Sequence record: PZ386973.1
Origin: a phage
Direction: 5' to 3' (one strand)
Length of the DNA stretch: 64,000 nucleotides
The translations under genes were made by a program, and so were the position numbers. The number at the start of each line of letters is the position of its first letter. Position 1 is the first letter of the stretch. Below the pieces are notes generated by a model. That model saw only the letters and a program-made list of their open reading frames with translations. It did no database searches and was not told the origin of the DNA. Below, piece by piece: positions 47,443 to 57,018 of the stretch.

Positions 47443-47854
47443 TTTAGACCCTAGAATTAAATTTGCAATTACAGAAATCCAAGATCAAATTGATGAGGAC
47501 TTCACCGTTTGGTCAAGGTCTGGTAATGGAGAATATTGCCAGCTTTATAGCCTGAAAATGGGTATCTCAATTGAGCTTAATATCAACTCTGAAGGTAGAG
47601 TAGAGGCCCAACCCATGTTCAGTGTTCCAGGCTTCTCTGGATTTGTTGCAGGTATAAAATTGTGTCTACCAAATAACCATCTTCATCGAGTTATTTGTCA
47701 GTTAGAGACTATTAAGCATTTCTTGCCAGAAGGTAATATTAATGACTACTACCATGAAGTTGTAGCAGCTCATATGATGAAAGAAAGTAAACGTCGGAGA
47801 GAAGAACGTGAAAAGACTAAACATCAACAGCACAGTGCAGATTCCAGCAACTAA
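47411..47854 (+). CDS. hypothetical protein
   Basis: 147-aa ORF. Confidence 0.4.
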   Translation: MIATLKVKMNNLDPRIKFAITEIQDQIDEDFTVWSRSGNGEYCQLYSLKMGISIELNINSEGRVEAQPMFSVPGFSGFVAGIKLCLPNNHLHRVICQLETIKHFLPEGNINDYYHEVVAAHMMKESKRRREEREKTKHQQHSADSSN

Positions 47855-48104
47855 GGATGTTCTAACATTCCTACGTAGTGAGAATACCCAGTTTTGGCAT
47901 GACTATATTCAGGAAAATAAAAATAATCCAGATGTAGTTGCTTTTGCCAAAAAACGTATTGGTGAATATAAAGATCCAGAGATTAAAGATGGGATGATTA
48001 CCATGCAATTATGGATAGCTATGAAAACCTTTGGACCCACTATGAGTCTAGGATTTACTCCACTGTTTACTAATATTCTAGTTAATGAAAAGGATCTGAA
48101 ATGA
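47808..48104 (+). CDS. hypothetical protein
   Basis: 98-aa ORF. Confidence 0.35.
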   Translation: MKRLNINSTVQIPATKDVLTFLRSENTQFWHDYIQENKNNPDVVAFAKKRIGEYKDPEIKDGMITMQLWIAMKTFGPTMSLGFTPLFTNILVNEKDLK

Positions 48105-48385
48105 TTATCTCTCCATTTGCTCTTTGGTTCGTCATTGGATCTGTGGTTGCTATTTACAGCTTGATTGATGATCTGTATATTTCTAAGAATAAAGATGTAA
48201 TATTATACGTTATACATAAAACTCGACCGTTAGATCTGCCACCTCTTGATGATAAAACATTACTCAGATGTGCTAGATCTATGATATTTATTGTGGATAT
48301 TCTTCTAGGCCCAACATCTGTGTTTTTCTTTTATAGAAAAACTCGTAATATGAAAAAATTTAAAGCTGAAATGCAGAATACCTAA
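48101..48385 (+). CDS. hypothetical membrane protein
   Basis: 94 aa with an N-terminal hydrophobic helix. Confidence 0.4.
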   Translation: MIISPFALWFVIGSVVAIYSLIDDLYISKNKDVILYVIHKTRPLDLPPLDDKTLLRCARSMIFIVDILLGPTSVFFFYRKTRNMKKFKAEMQNT

Positions 48386-48459
48386 AGAACTCGCGTAGGA
48401 CCGAGTTGCGTCACCTGCAACTGTTACGGATAAGGGAGTCGTGCCCCTTAGTGCGGTAA

Positions 48460-48840
48460 GTGGTGAGGTGGCTGCTAGCCCTAACTGGAGATAATATGAC
48501 TATATTACTAATTCTTGTTACAACTTGGTTTTTAATTGGTGCTGGATATGCGATAGCTATTATTAGACATTTGGACGAATACTCTGCTGAATGGTTTGTT
48601 AAGTATCTACGTATTGATGATCAAGAGCAGAAGTTTAAAGATGAAAAGCAGAAAAAAGCAGTAAATAATATGACAGCCAAAGAATGCTTGTTCTACATGC
48701 GTATTGTAGGGTTCTTTGGACTATTAGTTGCTGGCCCAATTGGTTCTACCATTGCCCCATATAAAGAAACAGTTGCTGACATCAAATTGTGGAGAAATGC
48801 AGGGGTACTACGCAAAGCTAGAGAAACTAATATTACATAA
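48460..48840 (+). CDS. hypothetical membrane protein
   Basis: 126 aa with two hydrophobic helices. Confidence 0.4.
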   Translation: MVRWLLALTGDNMTILLILVTTWFLIGAGYAIAIIRHLDEYSAEWFVKYLRIDDQEQKFKDEKQKKAVNNMTAKECLFYMRIVGFFGLLVAGPIGSTIAPYKETVADIKLWRNAGVLRKARETNIT

Positions 48841-48883
48841 GATTGATGCTAAATCAACTTACTAGCAAAAGCAAATAATGACA

Positions 48884-48919
48884 AAGCCCAGCCTGCACTT
48901 TTGCGACTGGGCTATTTTT
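48884..48919 (+). terminator. rho-independent terminator
   Basis: AGCCCAG...CTGGGCT followed by ATTTTTA. Confidence 0.6.
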
Positions 48920-48934
48920 ATAATAAAATTTTAG

Positions 48935-48963
48935 TTGCTTAGATGCCCAAACTTTTGTATAAT
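48935..48963 (+). promoter_or_regulatory. sigma70-type promoter
   Basis: TTGCTT-17 nt-TATAAT. Confidence 0.5.
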
Positions 48964-48994
48964 ATGTTTATAGATTGAGGCAAGAGGATTAAAT

Positions 48995-49693
48995 ATGAGG
49001 ATTATTTCTAAGTTCGCCGATGTGTATGATTTGCAGAACAGTTTGTTCGACCCAGATCGTGTGTGGGAACGTAAAACTGAGGAGTTGCTGGTTAAAGTAA
49101 CCGATGACGCAGAAAAGAACATTGTGCATACTCGCCAGGTATTTCGTGATGGTTCGCTATCTTTCCGTGGTGATTTCGAATATTTTGTAAACCCACTATT
49201 TGTTGCAGGTGAGGTTTACTGGTTACACGAGCTGTACTGCTGGCATCCAGCATTTAGCTTCAAAACGTTTAATCTCGACACTATGTTTGATAAAATGGAA
49301 GAGATGGGATTACATGCTCGCTCTTACTTAATGGATAAGAGTCGCGGAGATGTTCGTGAAACAATGCGTGATTTGCTCGCTGAAGCAAAACCTAAAGCAG
49401 AACGTATCTTATCCGAACTGCGTGTACCGATTGCATATGTGAAAGGTATTAAAAAGAACGATAACGATGATGTTCGTAACTTCGTAATTCAGACTAACAT
49501 TCGTTTCCATCAGTCCGGTATTCCGTGGCAGGAAATTGAAAGTAACTTATACCGTTTACACCAAGTTCTCGAACAGTATATCTTCGGTGTACTAGGAACT
49601 GGTGAGCCTGATATGATTAAAGTATCAGATAAAGACAGGTTAGCAGCGCATGGATTTGATACAAAAACTTCTTTCAGGAATATGGCACGGTAA
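48995..49693 (+). CDS. hypothetical protein
   Basis: 232-aa ORF. Confidence 0.45.
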   Translation: MRIISKFADVYDLQNSLFDPDRVWERKTEELLVKVTDDAEKNIVHTRQVFRDGSLSFRGDFEYFVNPLFVAGEVYWLHELYCWHPAFSFKTFNLDTMFDKMEEMGLHARSYLMDKSRGDVRETMRDLLAEAKPKAERILSELRVPIAYVKGIKKNDNDDVRNFVIQTNIRFHQSGIPWQEIESNLYRLHQVLEQYIFGVLGTGEPDMIKVSDKDRLAAHGFDTKTSFRNMAR

Positions 49694-50099
49694 GTGGTAT
49701 ATCCTGGGAGCAGGTCTAGCGATAGGCATCGGATTCGGTGCTTATCACTTAGTAGATAAAGTGGAGACTTTAGCCGGAGATCTTGCGGTAGCTACTAAAA
49801 AGATCTCTTCTCTAGAAACTTCCCTTAATAAGGTGAAAGCTGAGAGCGAACTTCGTGAGACTAGAATGAATCAGTATTTCACAATGAATAATATTTCGCA
49901 AGCAGATCTAGACAAAAAGATTAAGCAGTTAGATAAAGCGCTTAGTCGCCAAGATATTATAGCTGCAAAGCCTGGATTGGTAACATTAATTGCTAAAAAG
50001 CAGAGTAAAGAGTTCGAGGAAAGATTAGCGTGTTTAACTGGAAACTTGGAATACTGCTCGCAGCCGCAATCACAATCACAGGCTGTGCAGAAGAAATAA
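49650..50099 (+). CDS. membrane-anchored coiled-coil protein, i-spanin candidate
   Basis: N-terminal transmembrane helix (WYILGAGLAIGIGFGAY) then a long helical region; overlaps the downstream lipoprotein ORF. Confidence 0.4.
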   Translation: MDLIQKLLSGIWHGKWYILGAGLAIGIGFGAYHLVDKVETLAGDLAVATKKISSLETSLNKVKAESELRETRMNQYFTMNNISQADLDKKIKQLDKALSRQDIIAAKPGLVTLIAKKQSKEFEERLACLTGNLEYCSQPQSQSQAVQKK

Positions 50100-50383
50100 A
50101 ACCAGAGCCATCTCATGAGTTAAAGCAAGCTCATGTAGACTGGCCTAAAGGACTTCAACCTTGTAGCTTTAACTTTAGGTTTGAAAAGAAATTAGCTACA
50201 AATGGAGAAGATGGCGTAGTAGTTGTTATACCATACAAAGATTGGAATGCAAAAGCAAAATGTGAGGAAGCAGTTTACTCTTACATTTCACGACTGACTG
50301 GTATGGTCTGCTTCTATCGTCAAGATTTACAAGAAAAACGTTGCTTAGTTTACTATCCACCCATTACAAATAGGAAAGATTAA
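50030..50383 (+). CDS. lipoprotein, o-spanin candidate
   Basis: Lipobox-like signal LLAAAITITGC; start embedded in the 3' end of the upstream ORF in a different frame. Confidence 0.4.
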   Translation: MFNWKLGILLAAAITITGCAEEIKPEPSHELKQAHVDWPKGLQPCSFNFRFEKKLATNGEDGVVVVIPYKDWNAKAKCEEAVYSYISRLTGMVCFYRQDLQEKRCLVYYPPITNRKD

Positions 50384-51135
50384 TGTCAGTATTAGTCGGT
50401 TTACATGGTGAAGCTGGTTCGGGAAAAGATACCGTTGCAAAATTAATTATCGATTGGTGTAGTGACACGTATCCAACGTGTTTATCCCGTCGTTACAGTT
50501 TTGCTAAGCCCGTTTATGAACTTGCATCCGTAATCCTCGGTGTAACTCCAGAGTTTCTAGGAGAGCGCAGGGGAAAAGAGATTGATCAATGGTTTACGGT
50601 CACACAATCTCAATTGGAGCGAGCCAGAGATGTGTGGTTTAAGTACGGTATCGATAAGTTTGAAGACTTCTCGTACGTTTGGCCTATTTTTGAGGAAAAA
50701 TATCTTAATCCTCAACAACTTATCTCAGAGAGTAAAGAAGACGGACTTTATAGTTTATTTATTTCTCCGAGAAAAATGTTACAGCTCGTAGGAACAGAGC
50801 TAGGAAGGCAGCTGGTGCATGAACGCATTTGGCTCATAATTCTGGAGCAATCCATCGCTAAAGACGACCCAGACGTCGCCATAATAACAGATGTTAGATT
50901 CCCCAATGAAGGAGAGCTACTCAGAGAAACAAACCATTTAGATATGGATTCTTTGATAGTAAATGTAGTACCCGCTGAGCAGAAGTTCACTATTAAATCA
51001 GATCATCCATCTGAAAGTGGTATTCCTGCAAAATATATTACTCACGAATTAGTTAATAAATTCGATGGTATCAATAACCTTAAACTAGAAGTTTATAACT
51101 TCTGTGACTTAGAGCTAGAACCACTAGTTGGATAA
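50383..51135 (+). CDS. deoxynucleoside monophosphate kinase-like P-loop protein
   Basis: Walker A GLHGEAGSGKDT; 250 aa; coupled start. Confidence 0.6.
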   Translation: MSVLVGLHGEAGSGKDTVAKLIIDWCSDTYPTCLSRRYSFAKPVYELASVILGVTPEFLGERRGKEIDQWFTVTQSQLERARDVWFKYGIDKFEDFSYVWPIFEEKYLNPQQLISESKEDGLYSLFISPRKMLQLVGTELGRQLVHERIWLIILEQSIAKDDPDVAIITDVRFPNEGELLRETNHLDMDSLIVNVVPAEQKFTIKSDHPSESGIPAKYITHELVNKFDGINNLKLEVYNFCDLELEPLVG

Positions 51136-51147
51136 TCAAGGATCGCT

Positions 51148-51747
51148 ATGACTAATAAAAAAGAAGAAAAGACTAACCTGTTTCACTCCATTCGCCAATC
51201 TAACGAGTATACCTTTTTCTTTGATGAAGAGTTAGGCCCGCCGGATGAATACCGTGATTTATCAATGGTACTTATGCAGGCACATGAGGACGACGAAATT
51301 AATCTGATGATTAATGGCCCGGGTGGTTATGTTGATACTGCTGCACAGTTATCTAACTTAATTGCTAATTGCCGTGGAACAGTTATAGGACACCTGATTG
51401 GTCCTAGTGCTTCTGCTTACTGCACAATTTTCCTATCCTGTCATGGATGGGTAGTACATCCACATGCTACGCTAATGGGACACACGTTCTCTGGCGGATT
51501 CTGTGAGAAGGGTCAAGAAATCAAGAAAGCCTATGAATCTTACAACAAGTTCGTAGAAGATATGATGCTAGATGTCTACTATCCGTTCTTCTCAATAGAC
51601 GAAATCGACGAGATGGTAAAAGACAACAAAAATATCTATCTAGATAGCAAAGAAATCCATAAGCGTATTGAAATCTTGGCAAAATATCGATCTGAGCAAT
51701 ATAATAAAGCCCAGTTACCTCAATCAGAGGAGCATAACGAAGAGTAA
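51148..51747 (+). CDS. ClpP-like serine peptidase
   Basis: INGPGG motif resembling ClpP INSPGG, and GPSASAY; 199 aa. Confidence 0.5.
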   Translation: MTNKKEEKTNLFHSIRQSNEYTFFFDEELGPPDEYRDLSMVLMQAHEDDEINLMINGPGGYVDTAAQLSNLIANCRGTVIGHLIGPSASAYCTIFLSCHGWVVHPHATLMGHTFSGGFCEKGQEIKKAYESYNKFVEDMMLDVYYPFFSIDEIDEMVKDNKNIYLDSKEIHKRIEILAKYRSEQYNKAQLPQSEEHNEE

Positions 51748-51757
51748 GTAATTTTAA

Positions 51758-51789
51758 GCCAGGGTTTAACGACCCTGGCTTTTCTTTTA
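51758..51789 (+). terminator. rho-independent terminator
   Basis: GCCAGGGT-TTAACG-ACCCTGGC followed by TTTTCTTTT. Confidence 0.65.
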
Positions 51790-51850
51790 TCTAAAATTCT
51801 TCTTGACAACGACAAAATTTTATGCTCCAGAAGTGATCTTTAAAAACACA

Positions 51851-51879
51851 TTGTAATTTTCCTCCAAAATTAGTATAAT
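51851..51879 (+). promoter_or_regulatory. sigma70-type promoter upstream of lysis genes
   Basis: TTGTAA-17 nt-TATAAT; a TTGACA hexamer lies 45 nt upstream. Confidence 0.45.
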
Positions 51880-51903
51880 GGTACTGGTTAGAGGAGGTTA
51901 CAA

Positions 51904-52560
51904 TTGGAAAAGTTCTTACAATTATTAACGGTACTGCTCCAAGAAGCGAAAGATCCAGCATCGCTTCTTAAACGTCTGCTAACTATCTTAGTTGCTGTCA
52001 TTATTTTCTTATTTGTTAGTAATACTAGCGAGGTGATGTCATTCTTAAAGACTTTCTCCACGTCTGCGGTTCTACAGGATGTTCAAACTCAAAGGATAGA
52101 TAACTTTCCTAATGTAGCTAGAGAAAAGAGCATGGTACTTTTTTCTCAAACGGGTGCGGATGCTGTTTTTGTCGTCAAGTATAAACCAGATGCTATTAAT
52201 GATTATTCTAACATTATTGCATGGGAAAGCAATGCGCAATTAGATAGGGCTGACTTGGCCGATAAAGCGGTAAATAAAACGTCTGAGCTATATAGACGTC
52301 ACTTGGAGGGCTTTAACTACGCATCGGATTTAAGTGTAAAAGTAAATAAATACATGGGGTTAAATATACCTGCGTTTAAGAACGTTACTTTTAATTACAT
52401 ATACACTTGTCCGTATTTCAATCTAAACAATATCTATGCTGGATATATTGGTATTGCTTGGAAAGATAACCCTGTAGATGCAGCCGATTCTGAGAAATTT
52501 AAGGAATATTTAACAAAGCTCTGTTCACCACAACAGAGATCTTTAGGTAGATCAATATGA
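51904..52560 (+). CDS. putative holin
   Basis: 218-aa protein with an N-terminal transmembrane segment directly upstream of the endolysin, 4-bp overlap; TTG start behind an AGAGGAGG ribosome-binding site. Confidence 0.5.
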   Translation: MEKFLQLLTVLLQEAKDPASLLKRLLTILVAVIIFLFVSNTSEVMSFLKTFSTSAVLQDVQTQRIDNFPNVAREKSMVLFSQTGADAVFVVKYKPDAINDYSNIIAWESNAQLDRADLADKAVNKTSELYRRHLEGFNYASDLSVKVNKYMGLNIPAFKNVTFNYIYTCPYFNLNNIYAGYIGIAWKDNPVDAADSEKFKEYLTKLCSPQQRSLGRSI

Positions 52561-52970
52561 GTTTTAAATTTGGTAAAAATAGCGAAAAACAATTAGCTAC
52601 CGTTAAGCCAGAGCTACAAAAAGTAGCTCGTAGAGCTTTAGAATTATCTCCATATGATTTCACGATCGTACAGGGTATTCGTACAGTAGCACAAAGTGCC
52701 CAGAATATTGCTAATGGTACTTCATTTTTAAAAGATCCTAGTAAAAGCAAGCATATTACTGGGGATGCCCTTGATTTTGCTCCATACATTAATGGCAAAA
52801 TTGATTGGAATGATTTAGAAGCATTTTGGGCAGTTAAAAAGGCTTTTGAACAAGCTGGTAAAGAACTGGGCATTAAACTTCGCTTTGGTGCTGATTGGAA
52901 TGCTTCGGGGGATTATCACGATGAAATAAAACGTGGTACCTATGATGGCGGTCATGTCGAACTAGTTTAA
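52557..52970 (+). CDS. endolysin, peptidase M15-like (L-alanyl-D-glutamate peptidase type)
   Basis: 137 aa; zinc-ligand-like H-x6-D (HITGDALD) and C-terminal GGHVE. Confidence 0.75.
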   Translation: MSFKFGKNSEKQLATVKPELQKVARRALELSPYDFTIVQGIRTVAQSAQNIANGTSFLKDPSKSKHITGDALDFAPYINGKIDWNDLEAFWAVKKAFEQAGKELGIKLRFGADWNASGDYHDEIKRGTYDGGHVELV

Positions 52971-52981
52971 TTAATAACTTA

Positions 52982-53004
52982 GGCGGGAATATTCCCGCCT
53001 TTTT
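52982..53004 (+). terminator. rho-independent terminator
   Basis: GGCGGGAAT/ATTCCCGCC hairpin followed by TTTTT. Confidence 0.7.
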
Positions 53005-53047
53005 AGGCAAAGGGGGCTTTAATAATTTTTGAAGATAGGAGAAAGCC

Positions 53048-53464
53048 ATGTTTGCAGAACTATTCACTATGATGCTGCTAGGTATCTGGAAAATAAGTCT
53101 AGTAGTATTCATTTTAATGATAGTCTTTACTATCATTGCATTAACTACCCGAAATAGCTTATTAATAAAGGTTATTCACGGACTAGAGTATATAATTATG
53201 GGTTCATTCGGCGTTTGTAAATGCAATTGCCATAGAGATACGAAATATTGTTGGTTATGGATGGAACTAGAGAATCCTATATCCATAGCTTTGGCTGTTT
53301 CATTCGGCATGATTCTTATGGCCCTTACTCTAGCATTAATACCTTTGATGTTAGCTGGGGGAGTTACAGCGTATTTCACCCTTTTCTCCCCGATACTTAT
53401 GTACTCAATTTACCCAATAACTATGTATCTAGTTAGGAAAAGATTTATACATGCAGTAGATTAA
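53048..53464 (+). CDS. hypothetical multi-pass membrane protein
   Basis: 138 aa, at least three hydrophobic helices. Confidence 0.45.
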   Translation: MFAELFTMMLLGIWKISLVVFILMIVFTIIALTTRNSLLIKVIHGLEYIIMGSFGVCKCNCHRDTKYCWLWMELENPISIALAVSFGMILMALTLALIPLMLAGGVTAYFTLFSPILMYSIYPITMYLVRKRFIHAVD

Positions 53465-53477
53465 GATAAAAAAGTAG

Positions 53478-53506
53478 TTGACTTTTAGCCCTAGTTATTA
53501 TATAAT
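53478..53506 (+). promoter_or_regulatory. sigma70-type promoter
   Basis: TTGACT-17 nt-TATAAT. Confidence 0.5.
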
Positions 53507-53539
53507 ATATACATAAATTAGTTAAGAGAGGTATATATT

Positions 53540-53971
53540 ATGTCTGATCGTTTCTATACTCAAATGGCGGAACATTTTCGTATACCACATTACGAGCTAA
53601 ACATTGCACTCCGTGATCATGACTCTCCTGAGTACAAAAAGCTCGAAAAGAAAGCGGAAAAATCTATTGATACAAAGGTAGGTGCATCTATGTCTAAGGG
53701 CAAAAAGTTAACTCGTCTTGATCTTAATAAAATTTTAACTGAACTTTTGGGTACTGATATTGAAGGTGCTAAATTACCGCTTCTTGTACTAGAGACTATG
53801 ATTAAAAAGGTCAAAAATAAAGAATATAAGAAAGTAGAAGTCCCAGAAGGCAGATTAAAGGCTCCTTATCAGGAAGCATTAACCGAGTGTTTGGGTGTAA
53901 ATCTTGATCTGAGCACCGCAACCGTAAAAACTATGAAAAACTTCTTAGAGGCCATTAATAACTATGAGTAA
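53540..53971 (+). CDS. hypothetical protein
   Basis: 143-aa ORF. Confidence 0.45.
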   Translation: MSDRFYTQMAEHFRIPHYELNIALRDHDSPEYKKLEKKAEKSIDTKVGASMSKGKKLTRLDLNKILTELLGTDIEGAKLPLLVLETMIKKVKNKEYKKVEVPEGRLKAPYQEALTECLGVNLDLSTATVKTMKNFLEAINNYE

Positions 53972-54254
53972 ACTAGTATATCTATTGAAAGGTTCCACTT
54001 GCAACCCTTGCAAAATGTTTGAGCCAGTATTTGATAAAGTAGTCAGTGACTATAATTTGGAAATCCATAAAGAGACTGATAATACAGAATTAATGCAGAA
54101 ATTTGGTGTACGCCAAGTTCCTGTAGTAGTTCTGGCGGATCGCTTACCTAATGGTCGAGTAGAAGCTAATCATATTCTGATTGGACGTCAGCTTCGTAAA
54201 GAAACTATGCACGAAGCTATTAAAAATTTCCTGGATGATAATCCAGAGGATTAA
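53964..54254 (+). CDS. thioredoxin/glutaredoxin-like protein
   Basis: CxxC active-site-like CNPC near the N-terminus; 96 aa. Confidence 0.5.
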   Translation: MSKLVYLLKGSTCNPCKMFEPVFDKVVSDYNLEIHKETDNTELMQKFGVRQVPVVVLADRLPNGRVEANHILIGRQLRKETMHEAIKNFLDDNPED

Positions 54255-54260
54255 TAAACC

Positions 54261-54289
54261 AAGCCTGATCTTAGCTGATCAGGCTTTTA
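54261..54289 (+). terminator. rho-independent terminator
   Basis: AAGCCTGATC...GATCAGGCTT followed by TTATTTT. Confidence 0.7.
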
Positions 54290-54295
54290 TTTTAC

Positions 54296-54324
54296 TTGCT
54301 TTTTGCTAAAAATTTTGGTATAAT
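54296..54324 (+). promoter_or_regulatory. sigma70-type promoter
   Basis: TTGCTT-17 nt-TATAAT. Confidence 0.5.
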
Positions 54325-54351
54325 ATTTATATAAATTGATTGGAGGATTAA

Positions 54352-54597
54352 ATGTTAGCGGAACAAGCAAAACGTTTAGCTAGGATAAATAGAGCTGCTC
54401 TTCTCAAGAGCAGAAAGAAGCCGTATAGATACGTTAAAAGGCGGATTCTAGCTTCTGTAGAGGCTGGGGGTTCTTTTATACAATTTAATCGTGATGAAAT
54501 TAGTTATGAAGCTATAAAAGCTCTTAATAAAGAGGGTTATACTCTAAAACTATCAAATAATTATGGTACAACTATTTTAAATGTTATTTGGGAATAA
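54352..54597 (+). CDS. hypothetical protein
   Basis: 81-aa ORF. Confidence 0.4.
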   Translation: MLAEQAKRLARINRAALLKSRKKPYRYVKRRILASVEAGGSFIQFNRDEISYEAIKALNKEGYTLKLSNNYGTTILNVIWE

Positions 54598-55463
54598 TTA
54601 TGAAAAAAGAATTTAATGTACATAAAACACTAGTAGTACCTGATGATGTTAACCTATTCTTTGTTGGTGATATTCATGGATGCAACGATTTACTAGAAGA
54701 TGCACTACAATTAGCTGCTTATAACGGCAAGAAAGATTGTGTTGTATGTGTGGGGGACTTAATTGACCGAGGCACACAAAACTTACAAGTTTTAGCCAAA
54801 TTCTTATATAACCCACGCTTTATCAGTGTCCGTGGAAACCATGACCAGTTTATGATTGTAGGGGATTGGGCTAACTGGATGTATAACGGTGGTATGTGGG
54901 CTATGAATGAGCTAGATTCTGATACCATTACTAATATAGCTAAGGATATGGCTGAAAAACTTCCAGTATTCCTGACCGTACTACATCGTGGTAAGAAATA
55001 TGGTGTTGTTCATGGTGGTGTACCTTTTACATACAAAGAATGTGGTAATGAAGTAGAAACCCCAGTATGGGATAATCTTATTGCACAAGTAGAAGCAGCC
55101 AAGGAAGACCCACGTGACCATCCTGGATACCATATTGAACCTTATTTATGGGATCGAGATGTAATCCAAGAAATAGGCTTCTACTTATCCAAAAATGGCG
55201 AGGAACATCCGTATTTCCAGCGTTATGCAGGATTTAAGGAAAAATATATGGTAGAAGTGCCAGAAGTTAAAGGGGTAGATTATGTGTTTCATGGGCATAC
55301 TGGAGTACCTTACCCGATTTTATACCAGAACCGTGTTTATCTTGATACTGGCGGTGTTTTCAACGGGCAGTTGACGGTTGCGCAAGTTAATGATGAAACT
55401 GGCAAAATCACCACATTTACCACGCTTCGAGAAGATAGCTGTGGTGTACAGAGGATTCTTTAA
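54588..55463 (+). CDS. Ser/Thr protein phosphatase (calcineurin-like metallophosphoesterase)
   Basis: Motifs GDIHG, GDLIDRG and GNHD; the true start may be the ATG at 54600. Confidence 0.8.
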   Translation: MGIIMKKEFNVHKTLVVPDDVNLFFVGDIHGCNDLLEDALQLAAYNGKKDCVVCVGDLIDRGTQNLQVLAKFLYNPRFISVRGNHDQFMIVGDWANWMYNGGMWAMNELDSDTITNIAKDMAEKLPVFLTVLHRGKKYGVVHGGVPFTYKECGNEVETPVWDNLIAQVEAAKEDPRDHPGYHIEPYLWDRDVIQEIGFYLSKNGEEHPYFQRYAGFKEKYMVEVPEVKGVDYVFHGHTGVPYPILYQNRVYLDTGGVFNGQLTVAQVNDETGKITTFTTLREDSCGVQRIL

Positions 55464-55750
55464 TGAATGATAGAATGAAAGAAGTACAAGAAGAATTACG
55501 AGCAATGCGTATTGATGCCCTTCGTTGGAGGGCATTAGTTAATGCTTTCGTCAAAGGAGATACCGGAGTAATATATTCTGGAATAGCAGTCAATTTTTGT
55601 TTTAATTCTCCTGCTGAAATAGAGATAGAAACAAGGCTTACTACCTACCTTAGTGAGGTAGACCTTAAGGAAGGAGAGACTTCCGAGGAGTTTAAAACTA
55701 GAGTATTAACTACCTGGGTTGATAATTTAATACAAAAAAGGAGTAAGTGA
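55463..55750 (+). CDS. hypothetical protein
   Basis: 95-aa ORF, coupled start. Confidence 0.4.
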   Translation: MNDRMKEVQEELRAMRIDALRWRALVNAFVKGDTGVIYSGIAVNFCFNSPAEIEIETRLTTYLSEVDLKEGETSEEFKTRVLTTWVDNLIQKRSK

Positions 55751-56340
55751 TGAAGGTTAAATTCTGGTCAGACTTGCACTTAGACCACCCTGGAGCACTA
55801 CGTTTCCGTCCGTGGTTTAAGAACATGAAAGAGCACGATGAGTATATTCTAGATACTTTATCCAAGCATATTGGTAAACGAACAAAACTTATTTTGCTAG
55901 GAGATATTGCAGTAGGTCGTGAAGGTCTGGCCAAATTAAAGTCGGTTATCCACAATGTCCCTAATCAACTCATTATGGGTAATCATGATGCGGAGCGTCA
56001 AGGACTGAGTATCAGGGACTTAGCGGAAGTTTATGACGATATTCAAGCTCTAGGCAAACAGACTGGAGGTGGCAAAAAGTTTTGGCTATCTCACTGCCCT
56101 TTGCACCCTAATGAACTTCGTGGCAAACTAAATATTCACGGACATGTACATACTACTTCTTTACGTGATCCACGTTATATTAATGTCTCATTTGAAATGA
56201 GTAGAACTCCAATTCCACTAGAGGATATTGTGTCTGGTAAGTTTACTAGTTACGATAGAGTGGTTAATTGTACTACCGGCGAGGTATTACAAATAGGAGA
56301 AGACGTAGCTGCTGTATTGCGTGGCGATATAAATGTCTAA
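55747..56340 (+). CDS. calcineurin-like metallophosphoesterase
   Basis: Motifs DLHLDHPG, LLGDI and GNHD; 197 aa. Confidence 0.65.
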   Translation: MMKVKFWSDLHLDHPGALRFRPWFKNMKEHDEYILDTLSKHIGKRTKLILLGDIAVGREGLAKLKSVIHNVPNQLIMGNHDAERQGLSIRDLAEVYDDIQALGKQTGGGKKFWLSHCPLHPNELRGKLNIHGHVHTTSLRDPRYINVSFEMSRTPIPLEDIVSGKFTSYDRVVNCTTGEVLQIGEDVAAVLRGDINV

Positions 56341-56448
56341 GTATATAGCTGAGGTTATTATTAAACGAATCATACAGGCGATAGCAATACTTATAATCAT
56401 TTGTATTGCTATTGGCACAGGATTAGGCATTTTAATTGAAAGTTTTAT

Positions 56449-56477
56449 TTGCTAAAATGCTTAAGTTTCTGTATAAT
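56449..56477 (+). promoter_or_regulatory. sigma70-type promoter
   Basis: TTGCTA-17 nt-TATAAT. Confidence 0.5.
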
Positions 56478-56507
56478 TACTTTATAAATTGATGAGAAGG
56501 AATCAAA

Positions 56508-56939
56508 ATGAACAAAGTTGATAAAGCTCTAGTTTTCGCAGCAGCAGATAAGTTTGAACAAGTTAAGGCAACTTTCCAAACCTTGTTCCAGTCTTACGTT
56601 CAAGATAAGTCTAATCCTATTTCTGAACGCTTAATGGTTTGGGAATGTCATGCTTGCAATGCCCTGCTAATTGCGGATTATCGTAGTGATATAGATAAAG
56701 ATCTCTGTGAAATCCTCATCCCTGAGGAAGCAGAACGTTATCAGCTAATCTCTTTTCAAGATTTGGCAGAGCATATTATTCCTGATGATCTTTGGGACAA
56801 GTATTACGGAGACCCTGAGGATGAGGGGATGACTCCAGAAGCATGTATTGAGTTAATCTGTAAGGATCATCCTGAAATTGCAGAAAAATTTGAAAAAGTT
56901 TTTGCTTCTGAGTTCTCTGGTGTTGTTAACGATTGGTAA
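56508..56939 (+). CDS. hypothetical acidic protein
   Basis: 143-aa ORF. Confidence 0.45.
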   Translation: MNKVDKALVFAAADKFEQVKATFQTLFQSYVQDKSNPISERLMVWECHACNALLIADYRSDIDKDLCEILIPEEAERYQLISFQDLAEHIIPDDLWDKYYGDPEDEGMTPEACIELICKDHPEIAEKFEKVFASEFSGVVNDW

Positions 56940-56957
56940 GTAATTAAAAAAATTCAG

Positions 56958-56986
56958 TTGCTTTAAGCCTTAAAATTCTGTATAAT
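56958..56986 (+). promoter_or_regulatory. sigma70-type promoter
   Basis: TTGCTT-17 nt-TATAAT. Confidence 0.5.
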
Positions 56987-57018
56987 AAGTTCATAAATTA
57001 ATGAGAGAGGAAATTCTA

